The notes under the pieces: model-generated | The model's input: the letters and a program-made list of their open reading frames with translations, nothing else | The model's database searches: none | Told to the model about the DNA's origin: nothing | Program-made: the position numbers and the translations under genes | Assembly (NCBI GenBank): GCA_963715985.1 | Contig: CAVQSP010000011.1 | Span: 192,001-256,000, forward strand | Source: an uncultured Thermoleophilia bacterium | Lineage (GTDB): Bacteria > Actinomycetota > Thermoleophilia > UBA2241 | Direction: 5' to 3' | Length of the DNA: 64,000 nt | In this document: positions 58,773-64,000 of the stretch, piece by piece | Layout: the number at the start of each line of letters is the position of its first letter | Position numbering within the stretch: the stretch's first letter is position 1

Positions 58773-59975
58773 GTGGCCACTACCGACACTGAGATCCTGG
58801 CGGTCACAGGCAACGAGGCCGTCGCCGAGGCCATGCGCCAGATCGACCCGGACGTGGTCTGCGCGTATCCCATCACGCCGCAGACCGAGGTCGTGCAGAT
58901 CTACGCCCAGTTCGTCGCCGACGGCGCCGTGAGCACCGAGTTCGTCACGGTCGAGAGCGAGCACTCGGCGATGAGCGCCGTGGTGGGCTCTGCCGCGGGC
59001 GGCGCCCGCACCATGACGGCGACCTCCTCCCAGGGCTTCGCCCTCATGTGGGAGGTCCTCTTCATCGCCGCCAGCTACCGGCTGCCCGTCGTCATGACGA
59101 CGGTCAACCGCGCCCTCAGCGGCCCCATCAACATCCACTGCGACCACAGCGACACGATGGGCGGTCGCGACACCGGGTGGATCCAGCTCTACGGCGAGAA
59201 CCACCAGGAGGCCTACGACAACTGCATCCAGGCCGTGCGCATCGCCGAGCACATGGACGTGCGCCTTCCCGTGATGCACATGCTGGACGGCTACGTCATC
59301 AGCGGCGCCATCGGGCCGCTGCAGATGCTGCACAAGGAGCAGGTGCAGGAGTTCATCGGCCCGTACCGCGCCATCAACCCCATGCTGGACACCAAGAAGC
59401 CGGTCACCGTGGGCCCGTTCGACGGCCTCCACGGCTGGTACTTCGAGCACAAGGTGGCGCAGAACCGCGCCATGGACCGCGCCTTCAAGGTCATCCAGGA
59501 CGTGGCGGACGAGTACGCAGAGCTCAGCGGCCGCCACTACGGCCTGCTGGACCCGTACATGCTCGACGACGCCGAGGTCGCCATCGTGGTGGTGGGCTCC
59601 ACCGCCGGCACCACGCGCATGGTGGTCGACAAGCTGCGCGCCAGGGGCATCAAGGCCGGCATGGTGCGCGTGCGCGCGTTCCGGCCCTTCCCCCACCAGG
59701 CGTTCGCCGAGGCCCTCCAGCACGTCAAGGTCGTCGGCGTGATGGACCGCGCCGACTCCTTCGGCGCCCAGGGCGGCCCGGTGTTCCTCGAGATCCGCGC
59801 CGCCCTCTACGACTGCGACCCACGGCCGCAGGTGCTGCCCTTCATCTACGGGCTCGGCGGGCGCGACATCTTCCCCGACAACATCGAAGACGCCTTCTTG
59901 CAGCTGCAAACGGCGGCGCAGGCCAAGAAGCCTGCCCCCACAGAGCGTCGTTATCTGAACCTTCGCAAGGACTGA
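58773..59975 (+). CDS. porA: Pyruvate/2-oxoacid:ferredoxin oxidoreductase alpha subunit
   Basis: AYPITPQT, VESEHSAMS, TATSSQG, NRALSGPINIHCDHSD, YGLGGRD. Confidence 0.95.
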   Translation: MATTDTEILAVTGNEAVAEAMRQIDPDVVCAYPITPQTEVVQIYAQFVADGAVSTEFVTVESEHSAMSAVVGSAAGGARTMTATSSQGFALMWEVLFIAASYRLPVVMTTVNRALSGPINIHCDHSDTMGGRDTGWIQLYGENHQEAYDNCIQAVRIAEHMDVRLPVMHMLDGYVISGAIGPLQMLHKEQVQEFIGPYRAINPMLDTKKPVTVGPFDGLHGWYFEHKVAQNRAMDRAFKVIQDVADEYAELSGRHYGLLDPYMLDDAEVAIVVVGSTAGTTRMVVDKLRARGIKAGMVRVRAFRPFPHQAFAEALQHVKVVGVMDRADSFGAQGGPVFLEIRAALYDCDPRPQVLPFIYGLGGRDIFPDNIEDAFLQLQTAAQAKKPAPTERRYLNLRKD

Positions 59976-59992
59976 GGATCGAGGTGAGCCGC

Positions 59993-60822
59993 ATGGCTCG
60001 GCGTGACGGAAACAACGGCAACGGCGGGGCGGCGGAGCTCAAGGGCTCCGCCCTCTATGAGGTGCTCAAAGGCATCGACTTCGAGCGCCGCGAACTGGTG
60101 GACAAGAGCCGGGGGGTGGGGCTCTTCGACCTCGTGCGCGGCAAGGACGGCGACTACCGCTGCTACTCCTGCACCTTGTGCGAGAAGGCCTGCCCCGTCG
60201 ATTGCATCGAGATCGACTACTGCCCCGAGTTCGACGAGGTCGTGTTCGATCTGGCGGCGGAGCGCGCCGCGGCTCTGGCGACGCTGCCCGGCGAGAGCTG
60301 CGGCGCCGGCGCGGCCTGCGTCATGGGCGAGAAGCCGGCCGGCTTCATGCCCGAGCTGGACATGAAGCTCTTCGACCCGGTCATCGCCGGCATCCGCGAT
60401 GGCTCGGGCCTGGTGCAGGCGTTGCATGCCACCCAGGAGGCCTTCGGCTGGCTGCCGCGCGTGGCCCTCGAGGACATCGCCACCGAGATGAACGTCCCGT
60501 TCTCGCGCGTGTTCGGCGTGGCCAGCTTCTACAGCCAGTTCCGGCTCACGCCGGTGGGCAAGCACGTCATCGACGTGTGCATGGGCACCGCCTGCCACGT
60601 GGCGGGTGCCCCGCTCGTGGTGGAGGCCTTCAGCCAGGAGCTCGAGGTCCCCGTGGGCGGCACCACTGCCGACGGCCTGTTCACGCTGCAGACGGTGAAC
60701 TGTGTGGGCGCCTGCGCCCTCGCGCCGGTGGTGCGCATCGGCGCCGACGAGACCTTCGGGCGCATGGGCCCCAACGAGGCCCGCAAGCTGGTGCGCAAGC
60801 TGCGTAAGGCGGAGGTGCCGGC

Positions 60823-60826
<4 letters not shown>
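59993..60826 (+). CDS. NuoE/HydC-like [2Fe-2S] subunit with extra N-terminal 4Fe-4S motif
   Basis: CYSCTLCEKACP, then VASFYSQF, VCMGTACHV, CVGACALAP. Confidence 0.9.
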
Positions 60827-62732
<1,906 letters not shown>

Positions 62733-62736
<4 letters not shown>

Positions 62737-64000
62737 GTACCCGGACAAGGACAGCCGTCAAGATCACGGTCAACGGCCGCGAGCTGGCCGCCCGCGAGGG
62801 CGAGACCGTCCTCGACGTGGCGCGGCGCGAGGACATCGACATCCCCGCCCTGTGTCACCAGGAGGGCGTGGCCGCCTGGGGCGCCTGCCGCCTCTGTCTC
62901 GTCGAGGTCGAGGGCACCGACAAGCTTCAGGCCGCCTGCACCACGTGGGTCGCCGACGGCATGAAGGTGGCCACCGACACGCCACGCGTACGCGCCCGGC
63001 GGCAGAGCTACCTCAAGATGTACCTCTCCGACCACAACTCCTACTGTGAGGCGCCGTGCTCGCACGCGTGCCCCACACACATCGACATCCCCGCCTACAT
63101 GGCGGCGCTCGCCTCCGGCGACGCCACCGGTGCAGCTTCCATCGTGCGCGAGGAGCTGCCGTTCCCCGGCATCCTCGGGCGCGTGTGCCCGCGCTACTGC
63201 GAGCCGGTGTGCCGGCGCGGCGACGTGGACGAGCCCATCGCCATCTGCGCCCTGCACCGCGCCGCCGCCGACCACAGCGAGACGCGCCTCATCCCCGGCA
63301 TGCCGAGCGGCAAGCGCGTGGCGGTGGTGGGCGCAGGCCCGGCCGGCCTGGCCGCGGCCTGGTTCCTCACGGAGCGCGGCCACGCGGTCACCATCTACGA
63401 CGCCAACCCGGAGCCGGGCGGCTCTCTGCGCTACAGCATCCCGGAGTTCCGCCTGCCGGCCAGGGTCGTCGAGAAGGAGCTGTCCCCGCTGTGGGAGGCG
63501 GGCGTGCGCTTCGTCGGCGAGGCCGAACTCGGCTATGAGGTGGACACCGACGGCCTGCTGGACGCCGGCTTCCACGCCGTGGTGCTGGGCATGGGCCGCT
63601 GGGAAGAGCCCAAGCACGTGCTCCCGGGCGACGACGCGGCCCACAAGGGACTGGACCTGCTCAAGCGCGTGCGCGACGGCCGCGCCGTCAAGTTCACGCA
63701 GAAGGTGGCCGTGATCGGCGACGGCCTCACGGCCCTCGACGTGGCCCGCACGGCGCGCCGCAAGGGCGCCAAAGAGGTCGTGGTCATCTCGCCGAACCAG
63801 GGTGAGGACATCCCGGCCGGCGCCCGTGACCTGGCGGCGGCTCTCGACGAGGGCGTCAAGTTCGAGTTCGGGGCCCTGGCCAAGCGCGTCAAGGCCAAGG
63901 CCGGCAAGGCCCAGGGCGTGGAGTGCGTGCGCGTGGTCAGCGAACGCGGGCGCACCAGGGAGGTGCGCGGCTCGCGCTTCGACGTGGCCGCCACCACCGT
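62733..64000 (+). CDS. NuoG/HydA-type 2Fe-2S domain fused to GltD/NfnB-like FAD/NAD(P) oxidoreductase (runs off the window end)
   Basis: Own translation from GTG 62733: IPALCH..GACRLCLVEV..ACTT, CEAPCSHACP, LGRVCPRYCE..CRR, VVGAGPAGL, GGSLRYSIPEFRLP. No stop before 64000. Confidence 0.9.

Overview
Very GC-rich bacterial DNA, probably from an anaerobic, deep-branching actinobacterium (Thermoleophilia-like; this is inference). Many genes carry single-indel frameshifts, which suggests an unpolished long-read assembly. Left to right: (1) the end of an integrative element, marked by a 3' tRNA-Ser(CGA) fragment (att site) and an excisionase gene split by an IS1634-family element; (2) a small cluster of secreted, WxL/pilin-like surface proteins; (3) a ~18 kb divergent catabolic locus. 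Its left arm has a DeoR regulator, BtpA/SgcQ protein, FGGY kinase, SDR, peptide-type ABC transporter and a non-pyrrolysine MttB. Its right arm has a corrinoid protein, MtaA/UroD-type methyltransferase, SDR, serine hydrolase, an MttB with an in-frame amber codon exactly at the pyrrolysine position, and a Gfo/Idh/MocA oxidoreductase; (4) an hsdM remnant, two toxin-antitoxin pairs, a class III aminotransferase, a candidate 6S-like RNA, ppk2 and a P-type ATPase; (5) cysH-cysD-cysN, ada, two radical SAM genes, a cold-shock gene, tRNA-Val, acs, a PASTA pseudokinase, a Pat-type acetyltransferase and an M28 peptidase; (6) large SRP RNA-dnaX-ybaB-recR, followed by porC-porD-porA running directly into a HydABC/Bfu-type electron-bifurcating module. 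The main finding is the probable pyrrolysine (TAG-recoded) MttB in a sugar-type catabolic context.
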